From Arsukibacterium sp. UBA5043 (lineage in GTDB: Bacteria; Pseudomonadota; Gammaproteobacteria; Enterobacterales; Alteromonadaceae), in contig NZ_DIBV01000004.1 in the NCBI RefSeq assembly GCF_002415085.1, forward strand, positions 141,586 through 205,585: a stretch of 64,000 nt of DNA, given 5' to 3'. Positions 8,789-17,165 of this stretch are shown here, piece by piece. Below the pieces are notes generated by a model, which saw only the letters and a list, made by a program, of their open reading frames with translations, searched no databases and was not told the origin of the DNA. Made by a program: the position numbers and the translations under genes. How positions within the stretch are numbered: the stretch's first letter is position 1; every line of letters begins with the position of its first letter.

Positions 8789-10201
8789 ATGCGTTTCCCT
8801 TTGCAAACCGCCTCATTGCGTCAACTGGTTATCCTGAGTTTTTTGCTGGCTATGATCCCGGTTGGGGTGCTGATGTGGCAAAGCCATAAAGCCTTGTCAG
8901 GATTAAGCAGGTTTGCGACCAATGAGGCTGAACGGGCAGTGATTAGTGTGCGTCGGGCCGAAAATATGCAAAATCTGGTGGTGGATATTGAACGGGCTGT
9001 TCGCCAGTACGCAGTGGTGAAAACCGACGCACTGGCCCGGGTAGCCCAAAGCCATATCAGTAACCAGCAGGCCAGCCTTAGCGAGCTGTGTAACGATTTA
9101 CCAGAACTAAGTGATTGCCTGCAACAACAGGCAGATTTACAGCAACTGGCCGCGCAGTTCTCTGAGCTTAGTGGCGCCCCTCTGGAGCAGCAGTTGCAGC
9201 AAATCAGGTTGCGGCAGCAGCGGATTAGTCAGCAAATATGGGACTTACTGGAGCAGCGGCTGGTTAATCAGCAGCAGCTGGTGCAGGACGCGCAGCAGCG
9301 CCAGGCCTGGCAAACAGTAGCACTGGTGCTGTTAACCTTGTTATTGGTGTTGTGGGCGTCGGGTCGGGTGGCCGCGCCCGTTAAAAAACTGGATAAAATG
9401 ATCCGGGCGATTGGTCAGCAGCAACATTTCCCTGACGGAAAGCTTGATGGGCCTCGTGAATTGTCAGAGCTGGGTGAGCAGTTGCGCTGGCTCAGCTCAC
9501 GCTTACAGCAACTGGAAGCGCTCCGGCTTATTCTATTACGCCATGCATCTCATGAATTGAAAACACCGTTATCCAGTATTCGGGAAGGTTGCGCTTTGCT
9601 TACTGAACAACTGTTAGGTCCGCTTAACCCCCAGCAGCTTGAAGTTGTTATGCTGCTCAATGGCAGTGCCGACCGCTTAAGCCAGTTGACAGAGCAACTA
9701 CTGGATTATAACCGGCTGCTGCAGCAAGCTAAACCCGAATTAAGTCGTCAGGTGCCACAACAACTGTTGCAAGCCTGTTTTGCCGACCACGCCTTATCGC
9801 TGCAGCAGCGCCAACAACAAATAAAGTTGGATTGTCAGCTGAGCAGTATCTATACCGATGACACGTTGTTCCGGCGTATTTTGGATAATCTGATCAATAA
9901 CGCCCAGGCTTATGGTGCAGAAAGTAGCCCGGTATGGGTTAAACTGTATAAAAAAGACGATATGCTGGTGCTGGATGTGGCCAATAATGGTGCACCTATC
10001 CCCACCGCATTGCGTGAAAAATTATTTGAACCCTTTCAGCGTGGAACGACCCCAAGGTTCGATGCGATTCAGGGGTCGGGTCTTGGTTTGTCAATTGTGG
10101 CTGACTGTGCCCGGCTGCTGGGTGGCCATGCTGATATTGTAGATGTGGTTTATGCGGATGTATGTATCAGAGTGCGCCTGCCACTGTTAGAGGAAAAATA
10201 A
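8789..10201 (+). CDS. glrK: sensor histidine kinase, GlrK/QseE type
   Basis: N-terminal SLRQLVILSFLL...WQ and ERAVRQY segments and HAMP-to-H-box region (RHASHELKTPLSSIREG...LLDYNR) resemble E. coli GlrK as I remember it; G2 box GSGLGLSIV; kinase-lipoprotein-sigma54 regulator gene order. Confidence 0.75.
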   Translation: MRFPLQTASLRQLVILSFLLAMIPVGVLMWQSHKALSGLSRFATNEAERAVISVRRAENMQNLVVDIERAVRQYAVVKTDALARVAQSHISNQQASLSELCNDLPELSDCLQQQADLQQLAAQFSELSGAPLEQQLQQIRLRQQRISQQIWDLLEQRLVNQQQLVQDAQQRQAWQTVALVLLTLLLVLWASGRVAAPVKKLDKMIRAIGQQQHFPDGKLDGPRELSELGEQLRWLSSRLQQLEALRLILLRHASHELKTPLSSIREGCALLTEQLLGPLNPQQLEVVMLLNGSADRLSQLTEQLLDYNRLLQQAKPELSRQVPQQLLQACFADHALSLQQRQQQIKLDCQLSSIYTDDTLFRRILDNLINNAQAYGAESSPVWVKLYKKDDMLVLDVANNGAPIPTALREKLFEPFQRGTTPRFDAIQGSGLGLSIVADCARLLGGHADIVDVVYADVCIRVRLPLLEEK

Positions 10202-10202
10202 C

Positions 10203-10799
10203 ATGAGAATCATGCTGATAATACTGCTGGCTACGCTGTCAGGCTGCCAGCTGTTAAACCAGCATCCGCCTGTAGCAGAACCTGAAGCAGAGCCGGAATT
10301 AGCAGAACAAGTTGTCTTACCACAAATCAGCGAATCAAACAGTGAGGTTGTGCTAAGCCTGAACGATGATGCAGCTACATTGCAAGCCTGGGTTGAGTAT
10401 CGGGCCAGTATATTGGATAACCTGGCCGCATGGCGCGAGGCGTTAGCGGATCAGGCCGAACCTAACCAGGTACAAATACTGCAGAGAATTATGGTGCAAC
10501 TGCATCCAGATACCCCTTACTTAACAAGGCTTCGGGTGCAGATGCAGTTAGCGGAGCAAATTGCCACGTTGCCACCAGGACTGGCCGCACTTTTTAGCTG
10601 GGATCTAACCTTGAATCAGAAATTACTGGAAACGGAATCCGCGGTTAGCGCCCTTACCCGACTTAATGCCCAGCAGCATGAAAATATTGAGCGACTGCAA
10701 AAAAAGAACAAAGATTTGCAGAAAAAAATTGATGCACTCACCCAGATAGAAGCGCAACTGAATCAAAGTATCAACGGGGGTAACAGTGGCCGACCCTAA
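10203..10799 (+). CDS. lipoprotein in the QseG/YfhG position of the GlrK-GlrR system
   Basis: Lipobox LLATLSGC-Q; ATG 2 nt after the kinase stop; C-terminal coiled-coil-like region; assignment by position only. Confidence 0.55.
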   Translation: MRIMLIILLATLSGCQLLNQHPPVAEPEAEPELAEQVVLPQISESNSEVVLSLNDDAATLQAWVEYRASILDNLAAWREALADQAEPNQVQILQRIMVQLHPDTPYLTRLRVQMQLAEQIATLPPGLAALFSWDLTLNQKLLETESAVSALTRLNAQQHENIERLQKKNKDLQKKIDALTQIEAQLNQSINGGNSGRP

Positions 10800-12135
10800 A
10801 CCGCGATTATTATTGGTTGACGACGACCCCAGCCTGTTGCGCCTGCTAACCTTAAGGCTGGAAGGTGAGGGCTATCAGGTAGTCAATGCCGATTGTGCAG
10901 AAACGGCACTAACGATTTTAAATAAACAAAGCTTCGATGTGGTATTAAGCGACTTACGGATGCCAGGTCTGGACGGCATGAGTTTATTTGATGAAATCGC
11001 AAAACGTTATAAAGGGTTGCCGGTAGTACTGATGACGGCGCACGGTTCTATACCGGAAGCCGTGGCTGCGACCCAGCGCGGGGTGTTCGGCTTTTTAACC
11101 AAACCACTGAACAATGCAGAGCTGCGTGATATTTTGCAGCAAGCTGTGCACCAGTCGGTACCCGAGCAGGCCGACTGGCGTGAGGAAATTGTCAGCCGCA
11201 GCCCACTGATGGCCGCCTTGCTGGAGCAAGCTTATCGGGTAGCGCAGCGGGATGTCAGTATACTCATCACCGGCGCCAGTGGCACCGGTAAAGAGTTGCT
11301 GGCTAAAGCTATTCATAAAGCCAGCCCTCGCGCCAAACAACATTTTGTCGCGATAAATTGTGGTGCCTTACCAGAGCACTTGCTGGAATCTGAATTATTT
11401 GGTCATAGCAAAGGCGCTTTCACCGGAGCCGTTTCTGAGCATGGTGGGCTATTTCGTGAAGCCGATGGCGGTACGCTGTTTTTAGATGAAATTGGCGATA
11501 TGCCGGTGGCACTGCAGGTGAAATTGTTAAGAGCCTTGCAGGAGCGGCAAATCCGGCCAGTAGGCAGCAGCAAAAGTATTCCAATCAATGTCAGAGTATT
11601 ATCGGCAACCCATCGTGATTTACAACAGGCCATGGCAGAGGGCAGCTTCCGGGAAGATTTATACTACCGGTTAAATGTGGTTAATTTGCAATTGCCGGGC
11701 CTGGAGCAACGGCCGGAAGATATTCCATTGCTGGCCCGTCATGTGTTGGCGCTTAGCGCCGAGCGGCATAATGTCAAAGTAACCCGTTTTGCTGACGATG
11801 CGTTGCAAACCCTGGCGACAGCAAAATGGCCCGGTAACGTGCGGCAGTTGGTCAATGTGGTAGAGCAATGTGTTGCGTTAACTCATAGCCCGGTTATTGG
11901 CCAGCGCCTGGTAGAGCAGGCGCTGTCGCAAAACAGCAGCTACTGGCCGACACTGACTGATGCCCGCGACCAATTTGAATGCCAGTATTTAGTTCGCGTA
12001 CTGAAAATGACTGAGGGCAATGTAACCCGCGCTGCTGAACTGGCAGGACGAAACCGCACCGACTTTTACAAGTTATTGAAAAAACATGACCTTAGCGCGG
12101 CACAGGTGGCCGCGGAAGACGAAGAGCTGGAGTAA
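10786..12135 (+). CDS. glrR: sigma-54-dependent response regulator, GlrR/QseF type
   Basis: Receiver (LLLVDDD, SDLRMPGLDG), AAA+ Walker A GASGTGKE, GAFTGA loop (KGAFTGA), C-terminal HTH; GTG start overlaps the lipoprotein gene by 14 nt. Confidence 0.8.
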   Translation: MADPKPRLLLVDDDPSLLRLLTLRLEGEGYQVVNADCAETALTILNKQSFDVVLSDLRMPGLDGMSLFDEIAKRYKGLPVVLMTAHGSIPEAVAATQRGVFGFLTKPLNNAELRDILQQAVHQSVPEQADWREEIVSRSPLMAALLEQAYRVAQRDVSILITGASGTGKELLAKAIHKASPRAKQHFVAINCGALPEHLLESELFGHSKGAFTGAVSEHGGLFREADGGTLFLDEIGDMPVALQVKLLRALQERQIRPVGSSKSIPINVRVLSATHRDLQQAMAEGSFREDLYYRLNVVNLQLPGLEQRPEDIPLLARHVLALSAERHNVKVTRFADDALQTLATAKWPGNVRQLVNVVEQCVALTHSPVIGQRLVEQALSQNSSYWPTLTDARDQFECQYLVRVLKMTEGNVTRAAELAGRNRTDFYKLLKKHDLSAAQVAAEDEELE

Positions 12136-12182
12136 GGCTACAGCCTGTTTTACACTTAGCTTTTTTGACAGAGGATACGGTA

Positions 12183-12533
12183 ATGAGTGCAATAACGCCC
12201 CCAGATGCCCAGCTGGCAGAAGATGCCGAAAATCCAGAGTTGCGTAAAGCAAAGATTATCAGTGAAACAGCCAGAATTAACTGGCCGCAACTGCAGAAAT
12301 TTTACGCAGCAGGCTCGGTAGTTACGATCAGCGCTGAGCACGACTTAGTAAACGTGGCGTTTGCCTTCAGTGCCGACGACAAAGAGCAGGTCGCCGACTG
12401 GCTGGCACAGGGCACAGTAGAACGTACCACCGAGCAACAGGCACAGCAATGGTTTGATAATAATACTGAGCTGTGGGCTGTGGTAATTTCGCCCTGGATC
12501 CTGGTACAAGATAAACCAGTGCAAGTTAACTAA
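12183..12533 (+). CDS. DUF2288-family protein
   Basis: 116 aa from the ATG at 12183 (GAGGA 7 nt upstream); sequence pattern recalled as DUF2288; function unknown. Confidence 0.5.
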   Translation: MSAITPPDAQLAEDAENPELRKAKIISETARINWPQLQKFYAAGSVVTISAEHDLVNVAFAFSADDKEQVADWLAQGTVERTTEQQAQQWFDNNTELWAVVISPWILVQDKPVQVN

Positions 12534-12555
12534 CATCAAAGACGTGGGGCTGGCT

Positions 12556-13110
12556 ATGGCAATTTATAAAACGATCGAGAGTTCAGAAATTACCTTATCG
12601 CAATTAATGCTGCCCTCACATTCTAACTTCAGCGGTAAAATTCATGGTGGTTATTTATTGTCGTTAATGGATCAGATTGCGTTTGCCAGCGCCTCAAAAT
12701 TCAGCGGCAGTTATTGTGTGACAGCCTCGGTTGACCGGGTCGATTTCTTAAATCCGATCGAAGTAGGTGAATTGGTCACCTTAAAAGCCTCAGTAAATTA
12801 TGTTGGCAATACCTCGATGATGGTTGGGATCCGGGTCGACGCGCAGAATATTCAAACGGGCATTATCAAACATTGCAACTCATCATACTTTACCATGATC
12901 GCCAAAGATGAAAGTGGTGCCACCTTATCTGTACCAAGATTGCAATTAACCAGCCGGGAACAGGTCATGCGCTATTTAAAAGCGGCCGAGCGGATCAGCG
13001 CCCGTAAACAGCGGATTGCCAGTGAGCCTTTTAATGGAGATTTGGCAGCCGCGCTGGCTTTTATGGCCAGCGACCATGCTGATGTTGATGTTAAGACACT
13101 GATTACTTGA
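12556..13110 (+). CDS. acyl-CoA thioesterase (hotdog fold, YciA-like)
   Basis: LMLPSHSNFSGKIHGGYLLSLMDQIAFASAS hotdog signature; start at ATG 12556 or GTG 12544. Confidence 0.7.
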   Translation: MAIYKTIESSEITLSQLMLPSHSNFSGKIHGGYLLSLMDQIAFASASKFSGSYCVTASVDRVDFLNPIEVGELVTLKASVNYVGNTSMMVGIRVDAQNIQTGIIKHCNSSYFTMIAKDESGATLSVPRLQLTSREQVMRYLKAAERISARKQRIASEPFNGDLAAALAFMASDHADVDVKTLIT

Positions 13111-13125
13111 ACAACTGCAGTTAAT

Positions 13126-14169
13126 CTAGCGGTTGAGCTGCGCAGCCAGCCATTGATGCAGCCCTTGCGCCAGTGGCCGTGTTAGCTTGCCCTGGACCCC
13201 TCTGGCATCTTCGGATATATGTGCCAACGGATCTGTCGGGTTAAATAAATAATGTTGCAACATATGCTGCCAGGCGTGTCGCTCGCCCGGCGCCATATGA
13301 TTAAAGGCTTGGATAGCATGCAGTAACATGGGCAACGGCAAAGCGCTGGCAACGTAGGCATTGCTCCACCAGTAGTTTACCAGCACATTAAAATCGCTAA
13401 GCGAGGTGACGCTATGCCACCATGGGCTGGGAATATAGATAGCATCACCTGCGCTAAGCTCCACTGACAAACCAGCCTGATACGCGTTGGCATACAAGGG
13501 GTGTGCCTGTAAATCCGGTTGTTGTAAATTAACCATACTTATTGGCTGGCCGGCCGGGGTTAAATCAAGTGGGCCAATGTAAAGATTAGCAACCTGCTCT
13601 GGTGGAAACAGGGTAAAACGCCGTTTGCCCGCTGCCACCACCGCAATATTACTGGCTTCGTCAAAATGAGCCGGTACGGTAACCCTGCTACCCAACCAGA
13701 TAAACGGCTTAGGTGCCGGGTTTAGCAGCGGATTGGTTAATTCAGGTAATAAGGCACTGAAGTTATCTGCCACCGGTACACATTGCACACAGTAATGATT
13801 GCTGTCGCCATGGTTGCTGTTAAGCATGGTATCAATTGCGGTATTTAGCGGCTGTTGGCTGGCACTGAAATTCATGCCATTTATGTCTGTATTGTAGAAT
13901 AGCCGACCGCCGGTTTTTGCAGGGAGACTAACCAGTTTTTGTGGCTTATTGTTACTTCGTGCCAACAGGTAAGCTGCGGCCTCAGGCAAAGATTGCTGCG
14001 CGGCCTGAACCAGTGGCCACTGCGCAGCAAAGCCACGCAGCACTACCGGTCGATAATGATCCGTCACTTTTTCGGCAAAATTAGCGGCGTTCACGCCGCT
14101 GACTTCGGCCGGGGAGGGTAAATTTTCCAGCGGATAACGGTTATGCATATTTTGTTCGTTATTGTCCAT
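13126..14169 (-). CDS. cupin-like / JmjC-domain protein (putative Fe(II)/2OG hydroxylase)
   Basis: HxD...H facial triad candidates (PAHFDE ... WWHSV) in a cupin-sized protein. Confidence 0.55.
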   Translation of the reverse strand: MDNNEQNMHNRYPLENLPSPAEVSGVNAANFAEKVTDHYRPVVLRGFAAQWPLVQAAQQSLPEAAAYLLARSNNKPQKLVSLPAKTGGRLFYNTDINGMNFSASQQPLNTAIDTMLNSNHGDSNHYCVQCVPVADNFSALLPELTNPLLNPAPKPFIWLGSRVTVPAHFDEASNIAVVAAGKRRFTLFPPEQVANLYIGPLDLTPAGQPISMVNLQQPDLQAHPLYANAYQAGLSVELSAGDAIYIPSPWWHSVTSLSDFNVLVNYWWSNAYVASALPLPMLLHAIQAFNHMAPGERHAWQHMLQHYLFNPTDPLAHISEDARGVQGKLTRPLAQGLHQWLAAQLNR

Positions 14170-14181
14170 TAGGTTCCTGTA

Positions 14182-15909
14182 TCAGTAACCAGCTGCCTGG
14201 CCATCTTTACGTGACTCTGATGCGCCAATATAAGTGCCGTTTTGATGATCTTTCATAATGGCCTGATACCCGCCATAGCCACCTAAACCGTAGCGCACAT
14301 CATGGCCTTTTTGCATCAGGCCGTGCACGGTGCTATATGGCACGCCCCGTTCCACTTCAATATAACCGCCGTTGGTCAGGTAAGTATCCTGGCCGTCAGT
14401 TGGCTCCGTATTGCCAAGGTGCTGCCAACGGGCCGCGTCACCCGCTTCTTGCAGGTTCATACCATAATCCACCATATTGATTAGGATTTGCACATGACCC
14501 TGCGGCTGCATGGCACCGCCCATTACGCCGTAGCTGACTAACGGCTTACCGTCTTTGGTGATAAACGCCGGAATAATGGTATTAAATGGCCGTTTACCGG
14601 GCTGATAAACGTTAGCGTGGTTTTTATCCATCGAGAACAGCTGGCCGCGGTCCTGAAATACAAAACCCAGCCCTGGCACCACAACGCCGGAGCCCATACC
14701 GCGGTAATTACTCTGAATTAATGACACCATATTGCCGTCTTTGTCGGCCGTGGTCATGTAAATCGTATCGCCTTCGTACAGGTGTGGATTACCGGCATCA
14801 ACGCGTTGTGCCGCGCGTTCGCCAATCAGTTTCGCCCGCTCGCGACCATACTCTGCCGATATTAACCCCTGGAGTGGTGTTTTATGAAAATCCTGATCGG
14901 CATAAAACTTAGCGCGGTCTTCAAACGCCAGTTTCTTTGCTTCAACCAGGGTGTGAATGCTTTGTGGGGTATTAAAACCCATGGCTTTTAAATCAAAGTT
15001 CTTCAGAATTTGCAGCATTTGTAGTGCTGCTATGCCCTGACCATTTGGAGGAAGCTCCCACAGAGTATAACCTTTATAATCGACGCCCGCTGGCTCTACC
15101 CAGGTAGAACGATGGTTTGCGAAATCAGCAAAGCGCAGATAACCGCCATTGGCGCGCATAAAACGATCGATCTGCACGGCGATATCGCCGTTATAAAAGG
15201 CGTCACGGCCATCTTTGGCCAGTGCTTTATAGGTATTGGCCAGCGCTGGGTTTTTAAAAATCTGGCCTTTGGCCGGCGCCTTGCCATTAATAGTAAAGGT
15301 GCCTTTAAAATCACCCGGCTGCGGGCTGAGTATCGGAACTGAACGGTTCCAGTAATAGGCGATAAGCTCGGTAACCGGAAAGCCCTGCTCAGCATAGTTA
15401 ATAGCAGGCTGCAGGATGTCAGTCATTTTCAGCTTGCCAAATTTGTTATGCAATTCAAACCAGCCATCTACTGCCCCGGGAACGCTGATAGGCAACATGC
15501 CATGTGGCGGTAAGTCTTGGCGACCGAGCTTTTCCAGCTCATTTGCCAGCATGTCGTAGCTTAAACTCAGTGGTGAGCGCCCCGACGCATTTAAACCATG
15601 TAGTTTGCCTGTTTTGGCATCCCAGACAATCGCATATAAATCGCCGCCAATACCATTGCCGGTGGGCTCCATTAAACCGAGTGCGGCGTTTGCAGCAATG
15701 GCCGCGTCTATCGCGTTGCCACCTTGCTTCATAATATCCAGGGCAATCTGGGTAGCCAGTGGGTGGCTGGTAGCGGCCATGGCATTCTGGGCGATAACTT
15801 CTGAACGGCTGGCAAAATCGTGGCCGGTAACCCTGTCAAAGGCATTGGCAGCAACACTGGCCAGCAAGGTGGTGCTGGCCAGCAGATATGCAGATAGGCG
15901 TAATTTCAT
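14182..15909 (-). CDS. ggt: gamma-glutamyltransferase
   Basis: Signal peptide from MKLRLSAY; autoprocessing Thr region GDTIYMTTADKDGNMVSLIQSN; C-terminal GVMGGAMQPQGH; start trimmed to 15909 to avoid overlap with the next gene. Confidence 0.85.
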   Translation of the reverse strand: MKLRLSAYLLASTTLLASVAANAFDRVTGHDFASRSEVIAQNAMAATSHPLATQIALDIMKQGGNAIDAAIAANAALGLMEPTGNGIGGDLYAIVWDAKTGKLHGLNASGRSPLSLSYDMLANELEKLGRQDLPPHGMLPISVPGAVDGWFELHNKFGKLKMTDILQPAINYAEQGFPVTELIAYYWNRSVPILSPQPGDFKGTFTINGKAPAKGQIFKNPALANTYKALAKDGRDAFYNGDIAVQIDRFMRANGGYLRFADFANHRSTWVEPAGVDYKGYTLWELPPNGQGIAALQMLQILKNFDLKAMGFNTPQSIHTLVEAKKLAFEDRAKFYADQDFHKTPLQGLISAEYGRERAKLIGERAAQRVDAGNPHLYEGDTIYMTTADKDGNMVSLIQSNYRGMGSGVVVPGLGFVFQDRGQLFSMDKNHANVYQPGKRPFNTIIPAFITKDGKPLVSYGVMGGAMQPQGHVQILINMVDYGMNLQEAGDAARWQHLGNTEPTDGQDTYLTNGGYIEVERGVPYSTVHGLMQKGHDVRYGLGGYGGYQAIMKDHQNGTYIGASESRKDGQAAGY

Positions 15910-15991
15910 AATATTTACCTGTGTTAGTGTTAGTAGCACGCTAGCCCCTGTTGGCATTGAATGCCAGTACCTTTCGACCAACGACCAATGG

Positions 15992-16396
15992 TTAACGGTC
16001 AATCGGGACAAATAAATGCTGGGAAAGCGTTGTTTTCTGTTGCTCTGTTAAGGCTCTGGCTTGTTGGTGCTGATAATCAAACTGCACCATTACGGTGGTG
16101 CCTGTGGCGCATTTGATGCCGTTTTGCCAGGCTTGCTGATACACATCGAATGAGCTGCCGCCAAGACGGCTGATAAAGGTACGAATTTCTACTGGCTCAC
16201 CATACTGAGTTTGGGCATGATAGTCGATACTGACCCGGGCAATGATTAATGGCCATTGTTTCAGATTAAGCTCTGGGGTAAATATACGAAAAAGTGCCGT
16301 GCGGGCCCCTTCAAACCACACTGCAAAAACCGTGTTATTAATATGCCCCAGGGCGTCGGTTTCCGAAAAACGGGGCTGGATAATTTCACTAAACAT
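15992..16396 (-). CDS. 4HBT/YbgC-type acyl-CoA thioesterase
   Basis: 134 aa; RFSETDALGHINNTVF catalytic Asp motif of the 4HBT hotdog family. Confidence 0.7.
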   Translation of the reverse strand: MFSEIIQPRFSETDALGHINNTVFAVWFEGARTALFRIFTPELNLKQWPLIIARVSIDYHAQTQYGEPVEIRTFISRLGGSSFDVYQQAWQNGIKCATGTTVMVQFDYQHQQARALTEQQKTTLSQHLFVPIDR

Positions 16397-16410
16397 AACC
16401 AGGAATTCTC

Positions 16411-17115
16411 ATGACAGATTTTATAGAGGTGTACGATAATGCGTTAAGCCCGGACTTTTGCCAACAGCTAATCTCGCATTTTGATAACAGCCCGCATGTA
16501 GTAACCGGACGCACGGGTGCCGGGGTAGATACCAGCAAGAAAATCAGTACCGATTTATATTTAAATCAGCATCCGGAATATCAGGCAGCCTTGCAGCACA
16601 TTGTTGATGTTACCAGCCGCTATGCTGCTGAATACTTTGCTAAGTATCATTTCGCCCTGATAGCACCCGTTGGCTTAACTGTAAGCCACCCCGAAACTGG
16701 CCAGCCGCTGCCGATTACTCATGAAAATTATGCCGAATTTGGCGCCCCGAAGGCCAGTGATTTTATGCGTACCTTATATCGTTTAGGGCCGATACAAGCG
16801 CAGAAATATCAGGCCGAGAAGGGCAATTATAATTACTGGCACTGTGAAGTGTATCCGCAGCTACCTCACAACGAACCACTGCACCGTACCTTGTTATTTA
16901 TGTTTTATTTAAATGATGTAGCAGAAGGCGGCCAGACCGAGTTTTATTATCAGAATAAGGCTATCAGCCCGAAAACAGGCCGCATGGTTATTGCACCGGC
17001 TTATTTTACCCACACCCATCGTGGCTGTACGCCGGTTTCTAATGACAAGTACATTTTAACCAGCTGGATTTTATTTAACCGTGCTGAGCAGCTGTACGGG
17101 CAACCGCAAAGTTGA
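16411..17115 (+). CDS. 2OG-Fe(II) oxygenase-family protein
   Basis: 234 aa; C-terminal GGQTEFYY...APAYFTHTHRG pattern typical of small 2OG-Fe(II) oxygenases. Confidence 0.55.
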   Translation: MTDFIEVYDNALSPDFCQQLISHFDNSPHVVTGRTGAGVDTSKKISTDLYLNQHPEYQAALQHIVDVTSRYAAEYFAKYHFALIAPVGLTVSHPETGQPLPITHENYAEFGAPKASDFMRTLYRLGPIQAQKYQAEKGNYNYWHCEVYPQLPHNEPLHRTLLFMFYLNDVAEGGQTEFYYQNKAISPKTGRMVIAPAYFTHTHRGCTPVSNDKYILTSWILFNRAEQLYGQPQS

Positions 17116-17117
17116 AA

Positions 17118-17148
17118 TAAAAAAAAGCCCCTGCAAGGCAGAGGCTTT
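17118..17148. terminator. bidirectional rho-independent terminator
   Basis: A8-GCCCCTGC-AAG-GCAGAGGC-TTT between convergent genes. Confidence 0.6.
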
Positions 17149-17165
17149 CAGATAAAGCAGTCAGC

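Noticed and set aside
15910-16011. 34-codon extension of ggt
   Set aside because: It would overlap the 3' end of the thioesterase gene. The Met at 15909 begins a typical signal peptide.
15605-16015. 136-aa plus-strand ORF
   Set aside because: Antisense shadow within ggt.
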